Source of the DNA: the human T2T-CHM13v2.0 reference genome, Homo sapiens
Assembly (NCBI RefSeq): GCF_009914755.1
Contig: NC_060943.1
Length of the DNA stretch: 64,000 nt
Strand: one strand, 5' to 3'
Shown: piece after piece, positions 1-20,342 of the stretch
How positions within the stretch are numbered: the stretch's first letter is position 1
How the letters are laid out: each line of letters starts with the position of its first letter
The notes under the pieces: generated by a model
Told to the model about the DNA's origin: nothing
Databases searched by the model: none
What the model saw: only the letters and a program-made list of their open reading frames with translations
Position numbers and translations under genes: made by a program

Positions 1-800
1 CGAGTAGCTGGGATTACAGGCACCCACCACCATGCCTGGCTAATTTTTGTATTTTTAGTAGAGACGGGGTTTCACCATCTTGGCCAAGCTGGTCTCGAAT
101 CCCTGACCTCGTGATCCACCTGCCTCAGCCTCCCAAAGTGCTGGGATTAGAGGCGTGAGCCACTGCGTCCGGTCAAGTTTTTTTTTTTTTTTTTGAAACA
201 GAGCAGAGTCTTGCTCTGTCACCCAGCCTGGAGTGTAGTGGCACAATCTTGGCTCACTGCAACCTCTGCCTCCTGGGTTCAAGCCATTCTTCTGCCTCAG
301 CCTCCCCAGTAGCTAGGATTACAAGTGTGCACCACTGCGCTCAGCTGATTTTTGTATTTTTAGTAGAGACAGGGTTTCACCATGTTGGCCAGGCTGGTCT
401 TGAACTCCTGACCTTATGAACTGCCTGCCTCGGACTGCCAAAGTGTTGGGATTACAGGCGTGAGCCACCGTGCCTGGCCAGTTTATTCTTTTAAATTGGC
501 TTATAAGGGGCCAGGTGCGGTGGCTTACGCCTGTAACCCTAGCACTTTGGGAGGCTGAGGCAGGGGATCACTTGAGATCAGGAGTTTGAGACCAGCCTGG
601 CCAAAATGGCAAAACCCTGTCTACTAAAAATCCAAAAATTAGCTGGGCGTGGTGGCACATGCCTGTAATCCCAGCTACTCGGGAGGCTGAGGCACAAGAA
701 TGGCTTGAACCTGAGTGAGAGGCAGAGTTTGCAGTGAGCTGAGGTCGGGCCACTGCACTCCAGCCTGAGTGACAGAGTGAGATTCCGTGTAAAAAAAAAA
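1..800. mobile_element. Alu cluster: two antisense Alus (1-175, 178-479) and one sense Alu (509-800)
   Basis: Canonical Alu motifs (GCCTGTAATCCCAGC, CCAAAGTGCTGGGATTACAGG) and A/T tails. Confidence 0.95.
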
Positions 801-1285
801 AAATTATAAGGGACAAGTGAACACTTAAGAGCTTTACTTGTGTGGCCATAAGATATGGTGTATGTGTGTTTTCTAGTGCAATTTACATTACATTAAAAAT
901 TAGAAAGTGTTAAATCTTCTGGCCCATGTAACTTCCTATGCGAACAAATAATTCAGGAACAAACACTTTCATGCCTAAGATAAAACATTTTCATGCTTGG
1001 TGATGGGGGTCTGGCAGTGAGCAGGACTGACACAGCTGGCCTTCCAGAAGCTTACATCTTAGTTGCAGACAAATAAACAAGCAAATGAATGAAAGAACAT
1101 TGTGAGGTTTCTTGAGAATATCCCTAAGTGCTGCAGCTACCCTCATTGGGAGCTTCAGGTGGGGTTTCTTGGAGGTGTAGAAGTGAAACCTCACTACCTC
1201 TTTAATTTCCTCACTGGGCTCCTGTTTCCTGTCTCTAAAAGGAGACAGAAATTATGGCATTTTCCTACTTGATTGTTGGCGATAG

Positions 1286-2968
<1,683 letters not shown>

Positions 2969-3309
2969 TTACCCCTTTTCCTTGGTAAGCCGCTTTGTCA
3001 GAGCTGGAAGCCACCAGTGGACCTGTACTTGCCAGTTTTGGGGTCTCAACTAATACACCCACAAACTCAGAGGCCTATCTGGCAGGGCGGCCAAAAAGAT
3101 GGTTTCTTGTTATATTATCACAGTGTTCCCCTCGGGAGCTTGTCTGCACCAAGAGCTGCCTGGAGGTGTGTATGGAACTTAAAGAATCCGACAGTAGATA
3201 GGTCCTTCAGGAAGAGTGTGTTCTTGAAGAATCGTTTGCAGTTACTTACAGCTTTTTGCTTTATAAAAGTACGGTGGGAGTCCCTGTGCCATAGAAACTT
3301 TAGAGCCAA

Positions 3310-3505
3310 AAAACTTTGGGCTTGATCCTGATTCTACCACTTGCTGGCATGTGACCTTAGAAAAATAGCCTAACTTCAAGTGGCCTACTCTTTCTGAGCC
3401 TCAGTTTCCTCAAAATTAAACTCAAATCCTCGTTTGTGGGCTGGTTTGTTTGTAAGCATACAGCAAGCGGCCAGACTGTTGTAGATGCCTAGTAAAGGTA
3501 GTTGT
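3310..3505 (+). mobile_element. MIR SINE fragment
   Basis: CTACCACTTGCTGGCATGTGACCTTAG...TCTGAGCCTCAGTTTCCTC MIR core. Confidence 0.7.
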
Positions 3506-3522
3506 TAAAGAATCATATTTAG

Positions 3523-6975
<3,453 letters not shown>

Positions 6976-8349
6976 AATTTTTAAACTTTCACTGCATTTT
7001 CAAACTTTAGCCTTTATATTTAACCTCTCAAATTGTCTCTATTGAAGGTTACCTTTTTGACCTAAATTTGAAATAAATATCTTAGTCTTCCCAAAACAGG
7101 AGTTAGTTAGATATAGACCTGATTACGTGGGCATGTGAGAGGGCATGGTTGTTATTATCAAGCTGTGAAAGAGAGAACAAACTAGAAGGGCACTCCACCT
7201 GTGTTTTTTAAATAAATTACGGGCATTTCACTATAAATGGGGGGTTTGGGGAGTATACATCCTGTTAGGAAAACATTTGGGAGGAATGTTTTCCTAAGTT
7301 GGCAGATCTGCCATTTAACAAATGGGGAGTAGGGTGTGAAATAGATGCCAAGTTTTAAAAATACGTTTTTCTGCATGTCCAACTAAGGATATTTATTAGA
7401 CCGATCATGTGACTAACACTCCTTCCCTGCTTGGGGGGTTTGAATAGGCTGATTTCCAGACTCGAGGCTGTCATATAGCCTTTTTGTTTTTCCTGGTAGT
7501 TTTCTGATTTTTTTTTTTTAATCTTTAATTCATAGAAAACAGTTTACTTCCATCCAAATTAGGTGGGAATTTTTTTAAACCATATGTAGACACAAAAGAG
7601 ATATTCCTTGCCAACTAGTGACACATGGCAGATGAAGACAGAGTGGGAGATACACTTCCGGTTCACAACAGCACTTCTGAGCAGTTTGTGCTTAACCCTT
7701 TAGGGGAGCATTTGTGCTCAGAACCCTGGAATAGCAGGACAGTGCCAGGGCCACACAGAGACTCAGTCTGGAAAGAGCCTGCCTAACTGCAGATGGAGCC
7801 TGAACCCTGCGCTGCAGAAACACTGAGTGTAACGAATTGTGGTTAGAGACGACATTCAAAACAAACACACGTTGACAAAGTGGACCATCCCTAGAGAGCT
7901 GTTTTTCAGGGAGCTTTTCAGCATAAACGATGGTGATGGGGACAACGGGGGCTACTGACCCATGTCCCACAAACTCTTGATCTAGTGTGAGAATGTTGTG
8001 AATGCAAAGATGATTCTTGTAGCAGTGGTGATACATTGGAAGTACTGTATTTTTCATAAAGCATCACTGTAAGAGTCCCTGTAGCTATTTTCTGGTCCCT
8101 CCCTGAAGAAAGAATCAGGAGTATCAAAGTATTAAGGAAATCAAAATCACTTAATAATTAATCTTTTCTTTTCTTTTCTTTTCCTTTCCCAGCCAATTGC
8201 ATTGTAATCTCACCATGTAAACATGGATTTGGGGTGAAATAAGAAACTTTAAAATGATCCTCCCTTAGAGATTGTTGTTATATTGTCCCTAAACTTAATG
8301 AAAACAATTTTAAACTTTAGAGTACTAAGAATGCAAAGTACAGAAAGTA

Positions 8350-10557
<2,208 letters not shown>

Positions 10558-11884
10558 AGCACTAAGTATTGACTGTCTTTGTTTTCAGATCAGAGAGAAA
10601 ACTTTTAGAAAACATGGTTCTAGCCCTAGTTGTTTCTTAATTAGAGTTTCTTCAGCTTTAGTATGGCATCTGAAGGTGATTGCATCATATTTCATAATCA
10701 CCCAGCTGAACTATTTGCTGTTTAGTCCAGCACTGGGCACTGAGGCTAAAAGATCTTTAATCCAAACAGCCTCAGCATTCACCCAACCTGAGCCTATGGG
10801 ACCCCAAGCAGATCTGGATTCACTGTCACTTACCATCTACCCATCTGACCCTGTCTTCCTATGACAGACAGAAATAAACCCTGTAGCTATTTCACCCCAC
10901 CTACATACCCTGCACCCCTCCTACTCCCCGTCCGACTTTCCTGGCTGAGAAGTTGGCACTGCCCTCTGGAGCAGGCCCTGTCACCAGTGCACCCCTCACT
11001 CCACAGGGGTGTGTCATTAATGTGTTGCAGTTGATGCCTCCCTCTTAAAAAAAAAAAGGGGTGGTTGTCACCCTGGTGACTCACACAGGGCTTGCTGGCT
11101 CAAACTCTGGAATCTGTATATCTGTCTCAAGTGTCAGGTCTCCCACCTGACCACACTTTGCTCTGTTTGTAGTTAATTAAATTGACATTAATCAAGACCC
11201 AGGTGAGGAGCAGTGAGGTAATAGTTTGCTTGTATTGCTTTAATATACATCATCTGATTAATGATCGTAGCATGAAGCAGTTCTTAAAATATACAGCCAC
11301 CATGTTAGGGTGAAAAACCTGGATGGTTGCCCTAAACCAACCTTGCGCTTGGGATCAGGGAGCTCTTTGAATTCCTATACCGAGTCACCTGTTTGAGAAT
11401 AAGACTGTTTTGTTTGTTTGGTTTCTGAATTTGAACATTTGAATTTCTTTGTAGCAAAGCAAAGCAAATTGGTGACATAACTGGGTCAGGGAAAGTGATT
11501 GGGAGTCAACAGTTTGTATTTTGTATCATTTTTAGGTTGAATTCTCTTTTGGCCTAGGGGAGGTTGTGCCAGATGTTGCATTAAGTAGTGGGAAGATTTT
11601 GGGGGGCAGGGCGGTGTGTTTGGGGAGGTGTGAGGTGGCGGGGTGGAATAAACTACAAAAAGTTGACAATTGTATGTAGAACTCAACACAGAATTAGGAG
11701 CTTTTTTGAACTCTGTTTAAGGGGACATACAGCAGAAAAACAATTTTTTTTTTTTTTAGAAAAACAATTTTGTAAAATTTGTTCTACATGAAGTGTTTTT
11801 CAGGTTTGCGGTTGAGACCCAATTATTCTTGGGCGTTACATTGATTTTCTTTTCAAATGAAGTAGAATAGAAATAACAGTACAG

Positions 11885-12233
<349 letters not shown>

Positions 12234-13229
12234 TCAGTTGTACATATAGATTTATTAGGGTATGCGATAAAGCATGTCACCACCACTCTTCAGGAGTCTA
12301 GGTGTCTCATCAGGAATCGTTTGTTTTAAAACAACATGAAAAGAGGCGGTTTTGGGGATTCCTCAGAACCTGATTTTGGTATTGAGAGCCTTCTTGTGGT
12401 AGATTTTCCATGAACTTGATATTTTCCCTATTGAAATTGTATTTCGCTTTATGTAGTTTAACATCTCCAAAGTCCATTCTCTTTCAGGCTTTCATTCTGT
12501 CTCCTGTGTTTCCTCCTTGTTACTGGAGAGGGAGGGGTGCAGATTTGCTTTCTTGAGGGGTTTTCACCTTCTCCCTGAGGCACGAGGGCAGATTGGGAGG
12601 TAACTGGAGAGGGAGAGCAGTCGTCCCCAAGTGTCTTGAGGTGGGTGGGTCTGGAGCTTTCTTTGTAGAATTCTGTTCACTGCACTGGAGAAGTGATCGT
12701 TCAGCCGATCCACACCCCGCCCTCCCCACAGACACCGGGGCCGAAGTTCCCAGAGAAGAGCTTCCGCGTGACGACCCCGCGGGGGTGACATTCTAACCCG
12801 CGTTTCAGAGGCAACCCTGAGTTGCTTGAGGTCGCCCAGCTCAGCTGGCGCGAGGTCAGCAGTGAGCGCGTCGTGAGTCAGCCTTGGGTGCGGCCCGCCC
12901 GGCTTTGCCGCCGGTGAGTTGGCCACGACCCTTCGGCCTGCGGAGGGCGCTGGGACTCGGCGGGGAGGGAGCCAGCCGGAGCCCGCGTGGGAAACCAGCG
13001 CGCCCAACGAGGTGTCGCGTGGGAGCGCGCCGGAGAGGGGCGGTGCTTCCGGGGCGGTACCGTCCGGCCCCGCCCCCTCAACTCAGGGGCCCGCCTTCTA
13101 CGCCTGGAACCCCGCCCACGAGCTCCTCCCTTCTCGTCAGGCCCCGCCCCTCGGTCGCCACGCCCCGCCCAGCCGGGCGCGGGCGGGCGGCGTCGCCTTT
13201 AAGAGCTCCCCGGTGTTTTGGGGGCCGCG

Positions 13230-13504
13230 GGCCGGGCGCGCTGACCTGGTGCGCATGTCCCGGGCGGTGACGCCGGCGCCGGGCTCCATGTGTGCGGCCG
13301 AGGGGCGCATTATCTGGCCGGCGGCGCGGGCGGGCGGGCGGACCGGCGCAGCGAGCGCCGCGGGCCCGGGCGGCCCCACAGGCGGAACGAGCGCGCGCGG
13401 CCCGGCGCCCCCGGCCCCTCCGCCGCCCGGCCCCGCGGGCGACCCCGGACCAGCAGCCCCCGTAACCTGCGCGCTGCCCTAGGGCCCGGCCGACCCGCGG
13501 CCCG
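13230..13504 (+). other. GATAD2A: Non-coding first exon (5'UTR) of GATAD2A; 5' boundary approximate
   Basis: Consensus donor CCG|GTAAGT at 13504|13505 in the CpG island, downstream of GC boxes and a TATA-like element. The TSS is estimated, not observed. Confidence 0.75.
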
Positions 13505-13937
13505 GTAAGTTCTGGACCAAACTTGGCGGGGGGCGGGGGCTGGGGACGCACGGCTGAGACTGGAGCGGCGCGGGCCGCGCAGGGTCGGGGCCTCGGGGGG
13601 CTCTGAAGGACCCCTGCATGAGCGTGGAAAAGTGAGAGCGAGCGAGTTCTACTCCTTGTATTCTGGGAGCGTCTTCTTGCGCTGCCCTGGAAAGTTCCTT
13701 GCCCCGAGGCGGCCCGGGCACGTGGGGGCCGGGCGGGGGTCCCGGAAAGTCGCGGCGTCGCCCCGCTTCCGTCCTGCGCTTCCTGCGGGGTCGGGGGAAG
13801 GGCTGGGCCGCGAGGCGCCTCTTCCGAGTGGTCGGGACGGGTGGAGGCGGCGGGAAGACGGCACGTGGGCGCGCGGGGCGGGGGTCCCGCTCAGGGGCGG
13901 GGGTCCGGGGCGGGTTGGGCAGCAACGCTGAACCCCG

Positions 13938-13964
13938 CGGCGGCGGCGGCGGCGGCGGCGGCGG
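13938..13964 (+). repeat. (CGG)9 trinucleotide repeat in intron 1 / CpG island
   Basis: Nine uninterrupted CGG units, counted directly. Confidence 0.95.
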
Positions 13965-14839
13965 ATCCCGTGTCAGAATAAGAGTCCCCGCGCGCCCACG
14001 CCTGGAGGGCCGGCCCTCCCCCAGCTCGCGCCCTTCCTGCCTAACCCCCGGGAGCCGCGGGACCCTTTCCCCTCTCTGATCTCCGGCCTTTCTCAAGGCC
14101 CGACACTTTAAATTTGCCTCCCCATCTAGGCGGTGGCTCCATTGATTTCTTTTTTCCCACCTAGAGTGGGTCGGCATCAGTGACTAGACAGCAGCAGCTG
14201 GCCTTTTAAAGGGATTATTGCCAAGAATCGGAATTGATCACTTCAACAAGGAAAGGCTTATGGGCAGGGCCCAGGCTGAGAGCCTGACGGACACTTGGAT
14301 TGTGCGCACACTGGGACCCAGAAATGAATGGTGACCCCTCCCTTAGGAAGTGAATGACAACCCTTAGGTGCGTGTTTCTGCCCTGAGAATTTTGCACAGG
14401 GCAAAATTTTGTAGGTCTGACTTAACGTCTTTAGGTGTATAGTTCATCCTTATCTTAAGAGCTGTGGATTCTTTAGATCAAAGTCCGAGTGAGTCACTTG
14501 AGCCTTTAATTTTCTTTCTTCCTACCAGTTTACTTCTTTCAGTTTTCTTGGAGTACATAGTGCTGGTTACATCTCTGGTTCTGTGTGCCCATTCACACAG
14601 TGACACCTCCTGGCTGTGGCAGCACAGAAACTGAGAGCCCTCTGTGCGGGTGTCTCAGTCTTGGACTGTAGTCCTGTTGACTGACTTAACTCTTCTGGTA
14701 GTCGTTACAAGTTTTCTTTTAAACTAGATTACATGAAATAATGTTTGTTGGCACCAGTTTGTTAACATATGCTAAGCAGTAGTTTGTCAGACCTGACCAC
14801 AAGCTGTGGAGGGCTGATAGCTCATACTAGCCCTCGGGT

Positions 14840-15030
14840 TTGAGTGCCTACTGTGTGCTAAGCTCCCCTGCACAGACATATTCAGTGCCTATAACAATCC
14901 CGTGGGGAGTAGGGAAGTATTATCTGCGCTTTACAGGTCAGGAAATTGGGGCTGCTGGAGGCCAGGCGGCTTGCTCAAGGCCTCTTAGTAGTGAGGCAGA
15001 GCCAGGCAGCCCGTACTTGGTGCTCTAGAG
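14840..15030 (-). mobile_element. MIR SINE
   Basis: TTGAGTGCCTACTGTGTGC...TATTATCTGCGCTTTACAG...GCTCAAGGCC antisense MIR pattern. Confidence 0.7.
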
Positions 15031-15482
15031 CCCACAAATGCTGCAGTTTGCGAACCCTAGTGAGCATTTCCCTGGCGCTTCTAAAATACAAGGCCATTTT
15101 CTTGTCCAGGATCCAGGGCACCTCTGTTTGCGGATGTAGGGGATAATCTGGTGACATGGGGACACCATGCTAGCCCTGCTTTGTTCTAGTGGAGCAGCGT
15201 TACCAGCTGGATTTTAAGGAACTGAACTACAGAGTTAGTTGCTACTTTGCATTCGCTTCTTCAGCTTTGGACTCAGAAAAGTTGGCCCTTTTCTAGAGGA
15301 AACAGTTTATAGGATGTGGGAAATTTGCAAGGGATTTTCTGTATCCTCTGTCTTCACTTATTCCCTCCCCTCCTTCATCTTTCAGTTCTTATTTGTCTCA
15401 TAAAATTCCGAAGCTGGTTTTTATGAAGATTGCTTCTCATCTTGGAAGGGCTATAGAGAATGGAAAGATTTGGATGCAGTGT

Positions 15483-15767
15483 GTTTTGTTTGTTTGTTTG
15501 TTTTTTTGAGACGGAGTCTCGCTCTGTCATCCAGTCTGGAGTGGCACGATCTTGGTTCACTGCAACTTCCGCCTCTCAGGTTCAAGCAATTCTCCTGCCT
15601 CAGCCTCCCGAGTAGTTGGGACTACCATGCCCGGCTAAGTTTTGTATTTTTAGTAGAGACGGGGTTTCACCATGCTGGCCAGGCTGGTCTCGAACTCCTG
15701 ACCTCGTGATCTGCCCACCTCAGCCTCCCAAAGTGCTGGGATTACAGGCGTGAGCCACCACGCCTGG
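15483..15767 (-). mobile_element. Alu
   Basis: Alu consensus with (TTTG)n tail. Confidence 0.92.
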
Positions 15768-16149
15768 CGGATGCATTGTTATTTCCACTCAGATGACATC
15801 ATTTTTTAAAATGTCAAGTCATCTCTATTAATGCAGTATCATTTGGCAAATCCTATAATCTTATATTTTGATAGTGAGGGAAAAATATAATGCTACTTTC
15901 GGTAGGAAAAAATCCTGGAAGGATTTGTACCAGAATGTCAATAAAGGTCTCTACATTAGGATTAGCAATAGTTTTTCTTTTTTAGAAAACTTTTTAGTGT
16001 CTCTGTATTTTGCGTGTGTGTGTATGTTTTTAATGAGGAAACATGTTTTAAATACTCTAATTTTCAACTCTTCAGTAGCTCCTCTGACTTGTTTTGCATC
16101 ATTTATTTTCTGAATTTCTGGCATTGCAGGTAGTGATTTCTAGATTGAT

Positions 16150-16500
16150 ATATTCAACAAATATCAGAGTGCATACTGTGCCTTCGACACTGCGAGGAAT
16201 CCCTCCTCAGTAGAGTTTATAGTGAGATTAGTGGGCCAGGAGTCGTAATTAATCTTATAAACATGGGGAAACTTACAGGGATCAAGGAGAGAAGGACACT
16301 GTGACCTGGTGAGCCCGAAAGGACCTTTCTCCTACTGGGGTCAGAGAACAAGAAGGGGGACCCTCTTGAAGGGGATTAAGGCAAGGGCTGGTGCAGTGAG
16401 GCTCACAGCCGGGACCTCTTTGGGTCTTAGCAGATGACTAAAGGATGCCTCTGAAGAATGTGGCTGGTAAAGTTGTAAAGCCATTCTTGAAATGTTGGCT
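16150..16500 (-). mobile_element. L2 LINE 3' fragment
   Basis: ATTCAACAAATAT...GTGCATACTGTGCC L2 terminal motif followed by degenerate L2 body. Confidence 0.5.
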
Positions 16501-19441
16501 TTTTTTTTTTTTTTTTTTGGTGTTTGTTCTCTTGGAAGAAAATTAAGAATGACCAGCAGAGTTTTGGATATATGAATTCCCAACAGAGACAAAAATGTAA
16601 TGGCCCTTACCACTGAATTTGTTTAAGGACCATCATTAGCATGTACTGACACCTCAAAGCCTGGGCAGCTCAGATGCTTTTCTGGAGAACTACCTGCTTG
16701 GACTCGGGGTGTTTCTGTGCCATCAAATGGAACAGGCAGGGCTATTTTCTCTAGACCTTTCCCCCCCATAATTGAGTTAATTTATGCTGGTTGTAGAAAA
16801 CTAGGAAGATTATGAAATAGGTGAGTGGGTGAAGTCTTCTCGAGCAGCTGTCCTGGGGTAATAGAGCATCCCTGGGATTTCCTCCTAACCCTTGTCTGGT
16901 TGGGAAGTGTGGCAGAACCAGAAGAACAAGTTGGCAATGTCATAGTTTGAGGCATACAGAACTATGCTGCCTGCTAAGTGTGGTCGTTTGTTAGAATGGA
17001 TGCTTTTGAGTTATCTGAGCTGCTTCGGGAGGTAGCTTTCCACAGTCTGGCCTCAGACTGTGGGTCTTCCAGGTTAACAGGACTTAAGTGCTAACTGTGC
17101 AAAGGTATGTCTTTGAATGGAATTAGGAAGGCAGTGTATTAAAAATAAGAAGGTTGAGATAAAAAAAGACGGATCTTGAAGTGGTTGGTGGTTGCAGCGA
17201 GGTGGAAATAGTGAGACCCGTACTGTCAGAAACAAAGGTACCACTGGGGACAGATCCCGCTCGAGCATGGGTTCCCCAGCATCCCCGCAAACAGGATCTG
17301 GGACTTTTTTGTCAAGAGAGTGTCAGACCGTTGGCTTCTTGCCCCTCCCCCACCTTGTGCTTTCCAGACTATATTTGTGACCTCTTTTTGTCTGATGGAA
17401 ATGTAGGTTAGTCTTTTAGAAGACAAAGGAATTTACCCTAATAGAATACCTTTAGGTAGCCTCAGGAAGTGATTGGGAATCCACGAAACCCTCTAGGTGT
17501 GGGAGAGAGGGGCCCTCAGTGAGAATGTCACACGTTTGCACCAGTTTGCACAGTTGCCAGGGCCCCTTGCAGCTCCTCTGTACGCTGTACCCCCTTTGTC
17601 TCTCCTCAGCCTCCAGAGGCACCTTCACAGGTGAGTTTGTCAGGGAACTTGCCTTTCTGTCTGATTCCTGATTTTAGGGTTCCTTATATGGAAGGGCTGA
17701 AGACCTGCAATTTCCGAGGATGCTGGAGGCTAGCTTCTGAGATAGGATTTGCTGGCAGGAGATGAGCAGTACTCTAAAGGAGGGCTCCCAGCAAGTCAAA
17801 GTGGGAGTTCTTGGGGCAGGGGGTGGGGGATGGGGGTGGTGGGTGGAGTGGTCAAGGCTTCAGGGCTTTCCTGCTGCTTGGCCTCAAAGATAGTAGCTAT
17901 GCCTGTGGGGAGGGGTGTGGCCATGTGGTACAGGATTGGGGAGAAATTCCACTTGTTTGAAGGATTTGTTGAAGAATCCCTCAGCTATTCCTCCTGCAGT
18001 TCCGTCTCAGGACCTGGCGCTGCGTGGCCTGCCTTGCCGGTTAGATATTCTGGTTTGAACCTTGAAACGTAGCCTAAATAAGGTGGTGCCTTCGAGCACA
18101 CACTTTAAAAATACTGCTGCATTATGGTGGCACAGCAGCTCCTCCTGTGCCAAGGAGGCCACTTTGAGTCTAGGGGGCACCTGCTTTTTGCCAAGTGTGG
18201 CCGTGTGCCTATTGCTGAGCAGCCTGTCTCTAGTGGCATCCAGGACAGCCCTGGCTTTGCCTCAAGACAGCCTGGTGTGAGCTCTGCCCAGCCACTTCCT
18301 AGCGAAAGACCTTGTTGAACATCACCCCTGTTTCCCATTTCTGTCAAGGGGGTACTTACTATCTCCCGTGGAAGGCTGTGTTGGGAGTGAGATAACAAGT
18401 GCAAATGATCGACCCCAGTGCCTGTGTGTTCCACATGTTGCAGTTCAGTGAGTACTGTTATGACTGTAACAGATGAGCCAGAGTTCACAAGCATTAACAA
18501 CTGCCCCACCTCTTCTGTGGGGGATGACACCACCCTCATGGCAAACTGTCACTGTCTGCATGCCCCCTTTGGAGCCACACTGGGGCGCATGCCTCAGCTT
18601 TGTGCCCCAGCCTATTCCCCTCTCTCCATGTTCCTGTGAAGAAGGCAAAGTTCCCCACAGGAGGTGATACTTGCCATAGTCACCTTGCTCATTATTCGGC
18701 GGCTGGGACCCAACCCAGCCTTTCTGATTTCAGACGTTGTCTATTTTTTCCACTGCCTTGGGGCCTTCTTGACGATACTGAATGCCTGGGTTGGTTGTGC
18801 CCCAAGCCAGGAGGCAGCCTCTTTCCTGGCCCAGGGCTTGTGGAAGCCAGCATCCGGACTTCCATCTGTGAGATGGGAAGCTGTTTGCCGGGCAGATCTG
18901 TCATGGGAGCCTTCCTTAGAGAACTGAGAGGGGTCCCTGTCACTGAGTGGACTCTGGGTGGAGGCTGGAAGTAGGTGGTTTGATGGTACTTGCAGTGGTG
19001 TCTGGGAGCGCCAGGGTGAATCTCATCCTCCTGGACTTGCCTTTCAGACTGACAGCTCTCCAGCCAGCTTGGAGTTGGACAGATCTGGCTTTGTCACTGA
19101 CGATATGCAGTTTACCACTCTTCAGCGTTGGGTGGGTCACCTGATCACCTGGCCTCAGCTTTCTCTTATGTTGGCGGAGACAGCATCTTTGACCTAACAG
19201 GATGCTGTGAGGACAAGTGGAAAGTGTCTACAGGCAGTCAGGGGTATTCCAGCCTTTGCCTCTCCATTTACCTCAGAGCCAAAAAGCTTTCTCCCCCCAG
19301 ATGTCAACTACACAGTGATTCTTGAACACCTCATATCTCAGTTATCACATATAATGTAACACTCAGATTGAGGAGCTTGGTTTTCTTTATAACAGAATCC
19401 TACTGCAAGCTAACAATTTGGAGGCCTAAGAGTCAGGTCAA

Positions 19442-20139
<698 letters not shown>

Positions 20140-20342
20140 TCAGATTATCTGGAAGGGATGTGAAAAACCCTGTGGCCCTAACTCTACAAATAATACCAAC
20201 TTAACATTTTCTCCAGTCACAGCCATTCTGTGCAATTAACCTTTGAGTCAGTGGCTGTGAATCTATACTCAACACATTCTTACCTTAGAGACGGCTGCTT
20301 GCCCTGACCTCGGAGGTGGGCAGGTTTTAGGCCAGTAAAGTA

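Larger units (their letters stand above)
12700..14110. promoter_or_regulatory. GATAD2A: CpG island / promoter of GATAD2A
   Basis: Abrupt switch to very GC- and CpG-rich, Alu-free sequence. GC boxes (GCCCCGCCCC at ~13067 and 13141; CCCCGCCC at ~13163), AP-1 TGAGTCA at 12874-12880, TATA-like TTTAAG at 13198-13203, then a strong splice donor. Gene identity inferred from mir-640 lying downstream in the same unit. Confidence 0.9.

Noticed and set aside
12520-14177. Long overlapping Pro/Arg/Gly/Ala-rich ORFs on both strands (e.g. 13479-14177, 232 aa)
   Set aside because: Expected from stop-codon scarcity in a CpG island, and many start at non-ATG codons. Only the ATG-initiated exon-1 uORF is kept, as a hypothesis.
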